From a virus (Duplodnaviria; Heunggongvirae; Uroviricota; Caudoviricetes), in the IMG/VR virus record IMGVR_UViG_3300020577_006835, positions 68,588-132,587 of that record: a stretch of 64,000 bases of DNA. One strand, given 5' to 3'. Shown here piece after piece: positions 1 to 9,870 of the stretch. Each line of letters opens with the position of its first letter. Position 1 is the first letter of the stretch. Position numbers and translations under genes: made by a program. Below the pieces are notes generated by a model. The model worked only from the letters and a program-made list of their open reading frames with translations. It had not been told where the DNA came from and did no database searches.

Positions 1-699
1 TGGGCCGAGTCCGGCGCGACGCAGGATCTTGAAGATGCAATCCTGAAGGCGATCCCCGTCTTCGGGAAGATCTTTTGGTACAAGGTGGGCTGCGACGTTG
101 GCTTCGTGACCGCTTCGGACTACTTGTCCAGCGTGTCCTACAAGCTGCTCGTCGTGATGCAGGGCAAGTCGCTACCCCTAGACTGTGAGCTGTCCTACGT
201 GAGCTACCTGTACAAGGTGGTTCGCGGCAGCATCCTGGCCGAGTACGGCAAGGCGCGCTCACACTCGCAGAGGGTCTTCTCCTCGTGGACCTCGTGCGCC
301 ATGCCGCCGCAGGGGCGCCTGGTCAGCGTGGCCGACGTGGACGCCAAGCTGTTCATCGAGGCGCTGCCCAGGATGATCGCCGTGAACGTGGCGCCCAGGA
401 TTCGCTTCAGTGGCGTGAAGCGCAGAGCGTGCCTCGTGATCCTGGAGAGGTACGCCACTGGCAAGCTGCTCTCGAAGCGCATGATCGAGAAGTACTTCAA
501 CCTGCCCAAGGCTGAGGTTGAGTTCTTGATGGAGTACGTCGCAGTGGCCGTGCGCCGGTACCTGTACGACATCAGGGACGACCTTCGTGAGGTGGGCGGC
601 GCAGCCATTCACTGGAGGGAGCTGTACGAGTGGGTCAACCCGCCGACAGCTGTGTACCGCTCCGGGTATTTCGATGAACGAACGCCTTCAGTTGCTTGA
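1..699 (+). CDS. hypothetical protein, 5' partial (frame is open to window start; first in-frame ATG at 85)
   Basis: ORF track 85..699; translation in this frame has no stop from nt 1; high GC3. Confidence 0.55.
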   Translation, partial: WAESGATQDLEDAILKAIPVFGKIFWYKVGCDVGFVTASDYLSSVSYKLLVVMQGKSLPLDCELSYVSYLYKVVRGSILAEYGKARSHSQRVFSSWTSCAMPPQGRLVSVADVDAKLFIEALPRMIAVNVAPRIRFSGVKRRACLVILERYATGKLLSKRMIEKYFNLPKAEVEFLMEYVAVAVRRYLYDIRDDLREVGGAAIHWRELYEWVNPPTAVYRSGYFDERTPSVA

Positions 700-1042
700 C
701 CTTGACGTCGCGCAGTACGTCGACGCCCTCATGGTGCTCCTGGTCAGGCAGTACGAGGCGACGCACCTGCCCGACCTGCTGAGCGTCTTCGGACCGGAGA
801 AGCTGGCCAAGTTCCTGACGCTCTTCGCTGGCACCACTATTCAGGTGCCGTCAACACAGATACTATACAAGCTTGCGCGTGATGCAGACATCTACACGAC
901 CATGAAGCGTGGTGGAGAGGTTGCGGCGCTCGCACGCCGCTACGACATGACTCAGTCAGAGGTCGTGCAGGTGCGGGCGCGGGTAGCAAGAGTGGTGGAC
1001 GAGGTGGTTGATGGCGGAGGAAAAGCCGAACAGCAAGGATGA
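674..1042 (+). CDS. hypothetical helix-turn-helix-like protein; small-terminase candidate
   Basis: ORF 587..1042 with start moved to ATG 674 (MNERLQLLDLD); high GC3; sits two genes upstream of large terminase. Confidence 0.5.
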   Translation: MNERLQLLDLDVAQYVDALMVLLVRQYEATHLPDLLSVFGPEKLAKFLTLFAGTTIQVPSTQILYKLARDADIYTTMKRGGEVAALARRYDMTQSEVVQVRARVARVVDEVVDGGGKAEQQG

Positions 1043-1607
1043 TGTCCTTGGTCTGAACAAGACGATTCCGGTCTTGGACCTGGAGCCGTTGGAAGAAGTG
1101 TACTCTCTCGACATTGCGCGAGAGAACCTGCTCGCCCTGTCGCGAGCGGCCGCGCTTGGGGGAGAAGAGTCGGAGGCCGTGGCCGAGACGGCCGATCTGG
1201 TCACCAAGGCCTTCCAGACCGACCTCAAGACGGTCCAGATCGCCTACGGGCGCGCGATCGCCAACCGCAGGACCATCCTGCTGGGGCTCATCGACTCGAT
1301 CGAGAAGAAGCTCAACACCAAGCGTGTCCTGACCAACGACGAGCTGCTCCGCTACCAGATGAACGCGTGGCGCATGGTCATGGACATCACCAAGACCATC
1401 GAGGACACGGTGCAGAACCCGCCGATCGGTGTCGGTGGTGAGCGCTCCGCTGCCCGCGGCCCGCAGACCGAGAAGAGCGTGCAGGACCTCAAGCGTGAGC
1501 GCGCAGCGCGCGACGTCATGCGTGAGCTGCTGGAGCACGTCGACAAGGAGCTGAAGGGGCGACTCGACGTCGTCGCAGAGAGGCCTGAGAAGGAGCCGGC
1601 AGAGTGA
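1011..1607 (+). CDS. hypothetical coiled-coil protein directly upstream of terminase large subunit; small-terminase candidate
   Basis: ORF 1008..1607; stop overlaps GTG start of next gene (GTGA at 1604-1607). Confidence 0.5.
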   Translation: MAEEKPNSKDDVLGLNKTIPVLDLEPLEEVYSLDIARENLLALSRAAALGGEESEAVAETADLVTKAFQTDLKTVQIAYGRAIANRRTILLGLIDSIEKKLNTKRVLTNDELLRYQMNAWRMVMDITKTIEDTVQNPPIGVGGERSAARGPQTEKSVQDLKRERAARDVMRELLEHVDKELKGRLDVVAERPEKEPAE

Positions 1608-4600
1608 CTCCTGATGAGGTGAGGAAGAAGCTCGCCGCCTCTCTCGAAGAAGAGATCGACCTGCAGATCGAGAAGGAGAAGCAGCGCCTGTTCAGCAGTC
1701 GCGACGGGGTCGACTCAGCCCTGAAGGCTCTCATCAAGTCGAGCGGCCGCGCTGACCTGCTGTACTACTTCAAGGACCTGCCGGAGGAGTGCAAGGACCA
1801 GGTCTACGACATCCTGCGTGCCCGCCTGCAGAACCCGACCGCTCCGCGTGGCGAGTTCGAGAAGGTGATCTGGGAGCCGGACTACGAGGAGCAGCCGATC
1901 TCGATCGAAGAGTTCCTGCAGTCCAAGTATCACATCGGGAAGTGGTACTACGAGAACATCTTCCCAAAGTGGAAGGAAGAGATCACGCAGGTGATCAACA
2001 AGGGCTGCATCGAGTGGGTGCTCGGCGGCTCGATCGGTTGCGGGAAGTGTGTTGAGGCCTCCACTCTGATCAACACCGACGAAGGCTTTGCAACGATCAG
2101 AGACGTGTACTGGGGCAACACACTCGGACCAGACACCTGCTCCGCAGTCCAGGCAGAGTCAGGTGTCAGAGAAATTCAGCAGGTCCACGACGAAGGTGTC
2201 ACCGAGACCCGCCGACTGAGGACGAAGCACGGCCACGTACTCGAAGGCAGACCGAACCACCGCGTTAGGGTTCTCGGTCCAGACTTGTCCTTGTCATGGA
2301 AGACGCTCGGTGAGATCGAACCTGGTGACTGTGTTCTTGAGCAGCCTGCAACCGTGTTCGGGAAAACCGATCTGCCATCTGAAGTGGCCGAGTTGCTGGG
2401 CTGGTTCATTGCTGAGGGTGTGCGTGAGGAGGGGAGCCCGAAGGCGGCCGTCAACACGGCGCGACTACACCTGCATGACGATGAGATTGACTATGTAGAG
2501 CAGCTGGCCAGGAGAGCTGCAGAGTTCTTGCAGGCTGACGTCTCAGTTAGCCGCGAGTACAGATATGTCTCTGTAACTGGTGGCCGTGTGCGCGATGTCT
2601 TCCCTTCCGGAACCAGCAAGGTGAAAACTGTCCCGGACAGCATCCTCACAGGTACGAGGGAGACGATCTGCGCCTTCTTGCGAGGGTTCTTCAGCGGTGA
2701 TGGGCACTCCGGACCGGTGGAGTGCTCGGCTGTCACTGTGTCACAGTGTCTGGCAGAGCAGGTCCGAGTGCTGCTCACCTCACTGGGTATGTACTGCTCG
2801 CTAACAACGAGTACAGCCTCGTACCGGCTGGCCGGTGAGCGCATCGTCACAGGCGACAAGTACCTGATTCGAATCCTCGGACCAGATTCCTTGAAGCAGT
2901 TCGCTGAGGAGATCGGATTCGCTCAGGAGAGCAAGCAGCAAGCTCTGATTGAGTTCGCAACACGGTGGTCACCTAACTCGGATCACTCGTTCGCGTTCAA
3001 GCTCTCGGCTGAGCAGCTGGGTGTGCTGCGGGAGCTGCAGCCAAGGTACAAGCCGAATGAGCTGCCAGATGGCGTCAACAAGCGCACCTCGCCGCGTGGA
3101 CTTCTACACCGGCTGGCGAAGCAAGGGTGCACAGTTCGACTGCTTCGGCAGGTTGAGGCCGCCGGAGGCTTCCTGCCTGGGCCGCTTCACCGGGTCGCGA
3201 CTGGGCAGCTCCTGTTCGACACGGTGGAGAGCGTCGAGGTGAGCGAGGGTCACTGCTACGACCTGACGGTCTCTGGTGACCCGTCCTACATCAGTGGCGG
3301 GTTCGTGAGTCACAACACCACGGCCGCCATGCTGATCACTCTGTACAAGGTGTACGTGGTCTCGTGCATGAAGGACCCGTGCGGCTTCTACACGGCCACC
3401 TCGATCGTCTTCGGCTTCTTCTCGATCACCAAGGATCTGTCGAAGGACGTCGAAGCCAACATGCTGCGCACGCGCCTCATGGAGTCCGAGTACTTCAGGC
3501 GCGCGGTCGGCATGACCGAGGAGGTCGATGACCCGCGGCGTCCGAACGCGATGATCTTCAAGTTCCCGAAGAACATCAAGCTCGTCTTCGGCTCCCGCGC
3601 ACTGCACGCTCTCGGACAGGACGTGTTCGGCGGCATCATGGACGAGGTGGCCTTCGACACTTCGTCCGGTGGCCGTCAGGTGATCGAGCTGTACAACTCG
3701 ATCAAGTCCCGTATCAAGTCGCGATACATGACCCACGCCGGCCGCGTCCCCGGCATCCTGTGCATCTCGTCGTCGGCTGACAAGGAAGGCGACTTCATCG
3801 ACAAGCACATGAAGGACGCCCAGTTCAAGGACAAGACGCACATCTCGTCCTTCGCGCTGTACCAGATGAAGCCGTACAGCGGCCCGACCTTCCGCGTCCT
3901 GGTCGGTGATCAGAGCCAGAAAAGCAAGCTGCTCGACAGAGTCGACGTCGACATGGAGCAAGGCTCGATCGAAGTGGTCCCGGTCGACGAGGCGCCCGAG
4001 GGGTTCCGCGTCGAGAACGTGCCTGTGCACTACTGGGACGACTACGAGCTGGACATCGAGAAGGCGCTCAAGGACATCTCCGGCATCCCGCTCTTCTCGG
4101 CCTCGCCGTTCTTCCCCAACAGGCAGAAGATCTTCCAGCTGATCGACGAGAACAGGAAGCACCCGTTCTCTGTCGACGAGCCGATCCTGACGACCGCTGA
4201 CGACGACTACACGCTGGAGTCTCTGTTCGACCGGGAGGCGCTCTTCGTCAAGCCGGACCCGTACGAGAACCGCTTCCAGATGCGGATCAACCCGGGCACG
4301 CCGCGCTTCTTCCACGTCGACTTGGCCAAGAGTCAGGACTCGGCGGGCCTGGCCTGTGTCCACCTGTTCGGCTCGAAGAAGGTGCTCCGCATCGGCCAGG
4401 ATGGCCGGCCTGGTGAGACCTACCTGCCGTACGTCTACGTCGACTTCATGGTCCGTCTCAGGCCGCCGGCAGAGAAGGGCGAGGAGATCGACTTCTCGAA
4501 GATCGTCTCCTTCATCTTCTACCTGCAGCAGCTGGGCTGCCCGATCGGCGAGGTGACCTTCGACCGGTACCAGTCGAGCCACTCGATCCAGCTCTTCAAG

Positions 4601-4987
4601 AAGCAGCACATCGAGTCGCGTGAGATCAGCATGGACATCACGCCCGCGCCGTACCTGACGCTGCAGTCAGCGTTCAACGCCGGCTGCATCTCGTACTACC
4701 GGTACCCGACGTTCCTGACCGAGGCGACCAGGCTGCAGAAGGACCCCAAGACCGGCAAGGGCGACCACCCGATCGGAGGGTCGAAGGACGTGCTCGACGC
4801 CGTGACCGGCGCCCACTACGCCTGCTTGATGTCGAAGTCGACCGAGATGCAGATGGCTGCGCCCCACCTCATCGTGCGCGGCATCACACCCCCGAGGCCG
4901 ACGGCCCCGGAGGTCAAGAACTGGGCGGCCAAGGACTACAAGGACTTCGACTCCATGGTCGACATCTTCGATGACAGCCTCCGCTGA
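1604..4987 (+). CDS. terL: terminase large subunit (ATPase/nuclease), interrupted by one intein
   Basis: Extein reconstitutes Walker A GGSIGCGK|TTAAML once the intein is removed; Walker B-like GGIMDEVAF; about 704 aa extein. Confidence 0.85.
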   Translation: MTPDEVRKKLAASLEEEIDLQIEKEKQRLFSSRDGVDSALKALIKSSGRADLLYYFKDLPEECKDQVYDILRARLQNPTAPRGEFEKVIWEPDYEEQPISIEEFLQSKYHIGKWYYENIFPKWKEEITQVINKGCIEWVLGGSIGCGKCVEASTLINTDEGFATIRDVYWGNTLGPDTCSAVQAESGVREIQQVHDEGVTETRRLRTKHGHVLEGRPNHRVRVLGPDLSLSWKTLGEIEPGDCVLEQPATVFGKTDLPSEVAELLGWFIAEGVREEGSPKAAVNTARLHLHDDEIDYVEQLARRAAEFLQADVSVSREYRYVSVTGGRVRDVFPSGTSKVKTVPDSILTGTRETICAFLRGFFSGDGHSGPVECSAVTVSQCLAEQVRVLLTSLGMYCSLTTSTASYRLAGERIVTGDKYLIRILGPDSLKQFAEEIGFAQESKQQALIEFATRWSPNSDHSFAFKLSAEQLGVLRELQPRYKPNELPDGVNKRTSPRGLLHRLAKQGCTVRLLRQVEAAGGFLPGPLHRVATGQLLFDTVESVEVSEGHCYDLTVSGDPSYISGGFVSHNTTAAMLITLYKVYVVSCMKDPCGFYTATSIVFGFFSITKDLSKDVEANMLRTRLMESEYFRRAVGMTEEVDDPRRPNAMIFKFPKNIKLVFGSRALHALGQDVFGGIMDEVAFDTSSGGRQVIELYNSIKSRIKSRYMTHAGRVPGILCISSSADKEGDFIDKHMKDAQFKDKTHISSFALYQMKPYSGPTFRVLVGDQSQKSKLLDRVDVDMEQGSIEVVPVDEAPEGFRVENVPVHYWDDYELDIEKALKDISGIPLFSASPFFPNRQKIFQLIDENRKHPFSVDEPILTTADDDYTLESLFDREALFVKPDPYENRFQMRINPGTPRFFHVDLAKSQDSAGLACVHLFGSKKVLRIGQDGRPGETYLPYVYVDFMVRLRPPAEKGEEIDFSKIVSFIFYLQQLGCPIGEVTFDRYQSSHSIQLFKKQHIESREISMDITPAPYLTLQSAFNAGCISYYRYPTFLTEATRLQKDPKTGKGDHPIGGSKDVLDAVTGAHYACLMSKSTEMQMAAPHLIVRGITPPRPTAPEVKNWAAKDYKDFDSMVDIFDDSLR
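2048..3316 (+). mobile_element. intein (423 aa) with LAGLIDADG homing-endonuclease domain, inserted in terminase P-loop after GK
   Basis: Begins with Cys after GCGK (codon tgt at 2048); ends ...GFVSHN followed by Thr (aac at 3314-3316, acc next); internal LGWFIAEG and FLRGFFSGDG LAGLIDADG-like motifs; block F/G YDLTVSGD..VSHN. Confidence 0.8.
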
Positions 4988-4998
4988 GCTGCGATACC

Positions 4999-5304
4999 AT
5001 GACCAAGCGTCAGGCGATCAGGGCTACGGCCAAGCGGATGGGTATCCAGGACGCTGTCCTGGAGAAGCATGTCAATGAGTTCTTCAAGTACGTGGCGGAG
5101 GCTCTGGTCCTTGGTGAAGAGGTTTGGATCTCTCCGATCGGCAAACTGGTCGTCAAGGAACTGAAAAATACCAAGCGTCGAAGGTTGTGGCTGGAACCGT
5201 GCGCCTCAATGAAGTCGACGCTGAAGCGAAACCCGATCGAGGTTCCTGACTGGTACCGGAGTCTGGGAGTGGTGGTGGAGGAGGAACATGGCACAGCAGA
5301 ATAG
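4999..5304 (+). CDS. hypothetical protein
   Basis: ORF track; coding-like codon usage; between terminase and portal. Confidence 0.5.
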   Translation: MTKRQAIRATAKRMGIQDAVLEKHVNEFFKYVAEALVLGEEVWISPIGKLVVKELKNTKRRRLWLEPCASMKSTLKRNPIEVPDWYRSLGVVVEEEHGTAE

Positions 5305-8300
5305 GGGCAGGTTCAGAGACCTCGTAGCCCGACTCTTCACGCGCGACGAGATCATCGAACCGGTCCGCATGGACGGTGAGCCGTCCCTGAGTCCGATCTC
5401 CTCGTACTACCGGACGCGGATGGAGCTGAGTTCCAACCGCATCAAGAGGTACAAGGACTACCGCGACATGGGCGAGGACACGCTCATCAGCGGTGCGCTC
5501 GACATGTACGCCGACGAGGCCGCACAGTTCGACCGCCAGGAGGGGAGGACCGTCTGGGTCGTCTCCAACAACAAGGAGGTCGAGAAGGCCATCCACACCA
5601 TGCTTGACGCGACCGAGATGGAGGAGCAGATCCCCGGTCTCGCGCGCTACCTGGCTCAGCACGGTGACAACCCGGTCCGTCCTCTGGCAGACAAGAACAA
5701 GGGCATCGTGGCCATGGAGTTCTTGGAGGCCGAGGACTTCGAGCGCCAGGTCGACAAGTACGGGCGCTTGACCGGTTTCAGGATTCTCCCTCTCGGCGAC
5801 CGCAGCTTCGACCCCTGGGACATCGTCCACTTCAGGATCATGAACCGCACGCAGACCGTGCGGCAGGGTGGCAGCATCTACGGCACGTCCGTGCTGGAGA
5901 ACGCTCGCAAGACGTGGAGGCAGCTCTGCCTTGCCAAGGGGACCACGATCTGGACCACGGCAGGGCCGAAGAGCATCGAGGACGTCCGGGCCGGCGACGA
6001 TGTGTTCTGCCACGACCCTGACACCGGCGAGACGGCTCAGACACGCATCGTGGCTGCCAAGGCGATGGGTCGGCAGAAGCTCGTCCGGGTGCAGACCGAG
6101 CACCGGGAGCTGTTCGTCACCCCGGATCACGGCCTGCTCGCGAAGACGCGTGGTGGTGAGTTCGTCTACAAGAAGGCCGAAGACTTGGTCCAGAGCGAGG
6201 GGCAGGCGGGCAAGCTTTTCCGCGATGCGGATCAGCTGGTGCTGCCCAGCTTGGATGGCGGCGTCGACCACCACGTCATCAAGCTGAACCCGAAGGACTA
6301 CTATGTCCACCTGAAGGAGCCAGCGCAGTACGACTCGGACGGCGTCGTGGGTCGGCTGTCGGACTTGGGGCTCAGCACGAGCCTGAAGAACGCACACGGG
6401 TTCCTCGCCGCAAAGCGTGGCATCCGACTCGATGACTTCTGCAAGCTGCGCCGGGCGTTCTTCGGTGGTCAGCACCCGGACATGGTGGTGACCTGCGGCA
6501 AGAGCACGCGGCCGACGGTGGCGAGCTTCGGTCCGGCCAACGACCGGCCGTTCTTCGTCGCTGGCAGTGACTTCGTGCGTCTCCTAGGTTTCATGCTCGG
6601 CGACGGCTGGGTCAACGAGGGTGGGCGGATCGGCTTCGCGCTCGGCGTCGACGAGAAGCAGAACGAGGCCTACCGGCAGCTCTTCGAGGAGATGTTTCAC
6701 GTCGAGATGGCGACGGTGCCTTCGAAGCCGGGGCAGGGTGGGCAGCACTACGTCGGCTCGATCGACATCGAGAAGATCTTCAACGCGGCCGGGTTCGTGA
6801 CTGGGTTCGCGAACAAGGTCGTCCCGGAGTGGGCCTACAACCTGTCGCCGTGGCTCAAGGTGCACCTGATCCGGGGCATCATGGACGCCGACGGGTGTGA
6901 GGGCGACGGTCGCCTCACCGTCGCCAACGAGCAGCTCGCGCGTGGCGTGCACACGCTCTGCCAGCAGGCTGGCCTGCGGGTGAGCCGGAAGATCAGCACG
7001 CAGGATCGTGAGGACCGTCAGCGCTCGTACCGGTTCTGGGTGGAGAAGATCCCGCTCATGGATCGGTGGATGCCAGAGGCCGTGGTGTACGAGCGTGTCA
7101 CGCACGTCGACCCGGCTGGTGAGGGCGAGACGTACGATCTTCAGGTCGACGACGACCTGCACAACTTCGTCGCCAACGGCGTGGTGTCGCACAACACGCT
7201 GCTCGAAGACCAGCTCGTCATCTACCGTCTGGAGGTTGGCGGCAGGCACCGCGTCTTCTACATCGACGTCGGCACCGCTTCGCACGAGCAGGCGCTGGCC
7301 ATCACCAGGAAGTACGAGCGGCAGTTCGGCAGGAAGCAGTACTTCAACCCGCAGTGTCTGACTGCCGACACCAAGGTCTTCACGCTCGACGGCCGTCAGT
7401 TGCGAATGGATGAGATGGCGGCTGAGGTTGCGGCTGGCAAGCAGCAGTGGGTGTACAGCTACGACATCAACAAGAAGAAGGTTGTCCCGGGTAGAGTGTT
7501 GTGGGCAGGCAAGACCGGCGCAGCGGTGCGTGTGTGCCGTGTCCAGCTCGACAACGACACGTCCGTCATGTGCACGTTGGACCACCGGTTCCTGGTGAAG
7601 CGTGACGATGGCAAGCGTCACGAGTACGTCGAGGCGTCGAAATTGCAGCCTGGCGATTCGATCACGCCGGTCAACTTCAAGCTGTCTGACAAGGGTCAAG
7701 GTGACCTACTGTCCGGTTACAGAATGGTGTGGCAGGACAGGTTCGACAACTACCAGTATGTGCACCGTGCTGTAGCCCACGCGGCGATTGGCACCCCGAG
7801 GAGAGCCGACGGCACGTTCCAGCCGGACTACCTGGTACACCACCAGGACTTCAACAAGCTCAACAACGCGCCTGAGAATCTGGAGTGGAAGACTCACCAG
7901 GACCACGTTGACCACCATGAGAAGCACTCGAAGAACCTGGAGCTGGGCCGCATCAGGCTGCAGGAGATTCTCAGCGGTGAGGAGCGTGAGGAGTACCTCT
8001 CCAGGCGTGAGAGGGCGAGACAGGAGGCTATCGCAGCGAACCCGGAGCTGCGTTCAAGACTGGCGGAGGCGTCGGCGGCAACGCTGAGAGCGTGGAACAA
8101 GTCGGACAGGGCCAAGGTCGAGCGGAAGAAGTCGATGACAGCACGCTGGCAGGTCAAGCCGGCTGAGATCACTGACTCACTGGTTCGGGGCAAGGTGAAC
8201 TCGGTCTTCGCGGAGTTGAAGCGCAGGAACCTTCCGATCACCGAGGAGGCGTGGAACTCAGTTGCTCGTCAAGGGCAGATCTCGTGGGTGAAGGCGAAGA

Positions 8301-9286
8301 CCAGGTACCCAGAGATGTTCAACTTCAACCACAAGGTCGTCTCCGTGACGGTCGGTGGCAAGGAGGACGTCTTCGACATCGTCGTCGAGCAGTACCACAA
8401 CTTCGCTGTGGCTCTCGAAAACGAGAGCGGCGTGTTCGTGCACAACAGCGGCGAGTGGACCTCGCGCTTCACACCGCTGCAGCTCACGTCCGAGATCTTC
8501 TGGCCGATCCGCGGCGAGTCGGCATCCCGGATCGAGTACCTGGGCACCGACCCCAACGTGCAGGGAATCGCCGACCTGGACTACTTCCGCAACAAACTGT
8601 TCGCCAGCTTGAAGATCCCCAAGGCGTACATCGGCGGCGACGAATACTCGTCTGCCCGCTACGGCCTGGCGCAGATCGACATCGCCTTCGCACGCTCCGT
8701 GCAGCGCCTGCAGCGCGCCCTGATCAACGGCATCACGCGCATGGGTCAGATCCACCTCGCCTTCCTGGGCAAGGACCCGACCCAGGCCGAGAACCAGTTC
8801 CAGATCATGATGAGCCCGCCGTCGACGCTGGACCAGGAGCAGCGCATGGAGGCGCTGGACCTGTCACTCACGCTGTCGATGAAGATGAAGCAGATCGGCG
8901 AGGCGCTCGGCCTCGATGACCAGGCTCTGAACGCGTACATCCAGAAGACCATGCTCGGTCTGACGCCGTACGACCTGAGCCGCATCACGGCGCAGATGCC
9001 AGGCGCGCAGCAGGATCAGGGGTTCAACCCACAGGTCATGGACCACCTGATCAGGACCGTCAACGGAGACCCGGAGGCGGCCGGCTACCGCCCTCGTGGC
9101 GAGCGTGGCGACGACATCTTCCCCAAGCTGGGTGACCAGGGGATTCTGGCCGAGTCGCTGGTGGGCTCCTACAGGTCGGAGGCTGACAAGCTCGGCTTCG
9201 AGGAGTTCTTCGGCGAGACCACCGAGGAAGAGGTCATGAGGCTGCGCTCCAAGATGCGGGTGTCTGACAAGGCTCCGAAGGGCTGA
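5288..9286 (+). CDS. probable portal protein carrying two inteins (extein about 545 aa)
   Basis: Position immediately after terminase; after removing the two intein-like insertions a portal-sized (about 545 aa) protein remains. Confidence 0.65.
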   Translation: MAQQNRGRFRDLVARLFTRDEIIEPVRMDGEPSLSPISSYYRTRMELSSNRIKRYKDYRDMGEDTLISGALDMYADEAAQFDRQEGRTVWVVSNNKEVEKAIHTMLDATEMEEQIPGLARYLAQHGDNPVRPLADKNKGIVAMEFLEAEDFERQVDKYGRLTGFRILPLGDRSFDPWDIVHFRIMNRTQTVRQGGSIYGTSVLENARKTWRQLCLAKGTTIWTTAGPKSIEDVRAGDDVFCHDPDTGETAQTRIVAAKAMGRQKLVRVQTEHRELFVTPDHGLLAKTRGGEFVYKKAEDLVQSEGQAGKLFRDADQLVLPSLDGGVDHHVIKLNPKDYYVHLKEPAQYDSDGVVGRLSDLGLSTSLKNAHGFLAAKRGIRLDDFCKLRRAFFGGQHPDMVVTCGKSTRPTVASFGPANDRPFFVAGSDFVRLLGFMLGDGWVNEGGRIGFALGVDEKQNEAYRQLFEEMFHVEMATVPSKPGQGGQHYVGSIDIEKIFNAAGFVTGFANKVVPEWAYNLSPWLKVHLIRGIMDADGCEGDGRLTVANEQLARGVHTLCQQAGLRVSRKISTQDREDRQRSYRFWVEKIPLMDRWMPEAVVYERVTHVDPAGEGETYDLQVDDDLHNFVANGVVSHNTLLEDQLVIYRLEVGGRHRVFYIDVGTASHEQALAITRKYERQFGRKQYFNPQCLTADTKVFTLDGRQLRMDEMAAEVAAGKQQWVYSYDINKKKVVPGRVLWAGKTGAAVRVCRVQLDNDTSVMCTLDHRFLVKRDDGKRHEYVEASKLQPGDSITPVNFKLSDKGQGDLLSGYRMVWQDRFDNYQYVHRAVAHAAIGTPRRADGTFQPDYLVHHQDFNKLNNAPENLEWKTHQDHVDHHEKHSKNLELGRIRLQEILSGEEREEYLSRRERARQEAIAANPELRSRLAEASAATLRAWNKSDRAKVERKKSMTARWQVKPAEITDSLVRGKVNSVFAELKRRNLPITEEAWNSVARQGQISWVKAKTRYPEMFNFNHKVVSVTVGGKEDVFDIVVEQYHNFAVALENESGVFVHNSGEWTSRFTPLQLTSEIFWPIRGESASRIEYLGTDPNVQGIADLDYFRNKLFASLKIPKAYIGGDEYSSARYGLAQIDIAFARSVQRLQRALINGITRMGQIHLAFLGKDPTQAENQFQIMMSPPSTLDQEQRMEALDLSLTLSMKMKQIGEALGLDDQALNAYIQKTMLGLTPYDLSRITAQMPGAQQDQGFNPQVMDHLIRTVNGDPEAAGYRPRGERGDDIFPKLGDQGILAESLVGSYRSEADKLGFEEFFGETTEEEVMRLRSKMRVSDKAPKG
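5927..7195 (+). mobile_element. portal intein 1 (423 aa) with LAGLIDADG endonuclease domain
   Basis: Starts CLAKGTTIWT (tgc at 5927); ends YDLQVDDDLHNFVANGVVSHN followed by Thr (aac 7193-7195); internal LLGFMLGDG and IRGIMDADG motifs. Confidence 0.75.
7355..8446 (+). mobile_element. portal intein 2 (364 aa) with HNH endonuclease domain
   Basis: Starts CLTADTKVFTLDG (tgt at 7355); ends DIVVEQYHNFAVALENESGVFVHN followed by Ser (aac 8444-8446); internal HNH motif DYLVHHQDFNKLNNAPENLEW..H..DHH. Confidence 0.7.
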
Positions 9287-9288
9287 TT

Positions 9289-9870
9289 GTGGGCTCCATC
9301 AAGAACCTCATCGACTACGTGAACACCGTCGACGAGATGGTGGAGGACGCCAAGATGTACCTGGACGCCTACGAGAAGGCCCTGCCGTTCACAGGGGACC
9401 GCCGTGAGGTTGTTGTCGACTGGAGCGATCAGGCGTACTACAACGCCGACATGAGCGTGAAGGTAGGCGGAGCCAACACAACGGTGCAGGAGGTCGAGTG
9501 GGACGCCTGGGCCAGGCGGGAGATCGAGAACGCCGAGCTGAAGTACAAAGCGATCCTGAATCGCAACATGGAAGAGGTCAGGGAGGAGGCTCGCAACAAG
9601 ATTGCCGACAAGCTCGCCGCTGACGCGGCCAGGGTCAGGATCGGCAGACTCGACAGGGGCACTCTGATGGGTATCTCTACCGGTCCGACCCCAGAGCTGG
9701 TGACCAAGAAGGCTGGCAAGTCTACATACTACCAACCGCGCCGTCCCAGCCAACCCAACCTCAACCTGCCAGAGCGTGAGGTCATCACCCCGTCCAGGAG
9801 GCGCTCGGAACCGCCACCGCCGACCCGTGACCTGGACCCGAAGCGGGAGATCTCGCTCGAAGATGATTGA
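9289..9870 (+). CDS. hypothetical protein with C-terminal KREISLEDD tail
   Basis: ORF track (GTG start); ends ...KREISLEDD with stop overlapping next start. Confidence 0.55.
   Translation: MGSIKNLIDYVNTVDEMVEDAKMYLDAYEKALPFTGDRREVVVDWSDQAYYNADMSVKVGGANTTVQEVEWDAWARREIENAELKYKAILNRNMEEVREEARNKIADKLAADAARVRIGRLDRGTLMGISTGPTPELVTKKAGKSTYYQPRRPSQPNLNLPEREVITPSRRRSEPPPPTRDLDPKREISLEDD

Noticed and set aside
3104-4609. Long minus-strand ORFs antisense to terminase, portal, AAA, flotillin and CCA genes (3104..4609, 5153..6475, 6584..7699, 18845..20851, 21535..22302, 30467..33301, 55598..56941, 62910..63713 and similar)
   Set aside because: Typical high-GC antisense open frames. Their translations are Arg/Ala/Leu/Val-rich low-complexity, the sense-strand genes have clear motifs and RBSs, and the codon-position-3 GC bias favours the + strand.
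9841-9870. Reading the ISLEDD tails as T4 gp21-type (L/I)xE prohead-protease sites or phiKZ-type S/A/G-x-E sites
   Set aside because: Only 2 of 5 copies fit either consensus when placed in register (ISLE|DD and VSLE|EDAA fit; SLSE and SLTE do not). The motif is kept as an unexplained shared tail.
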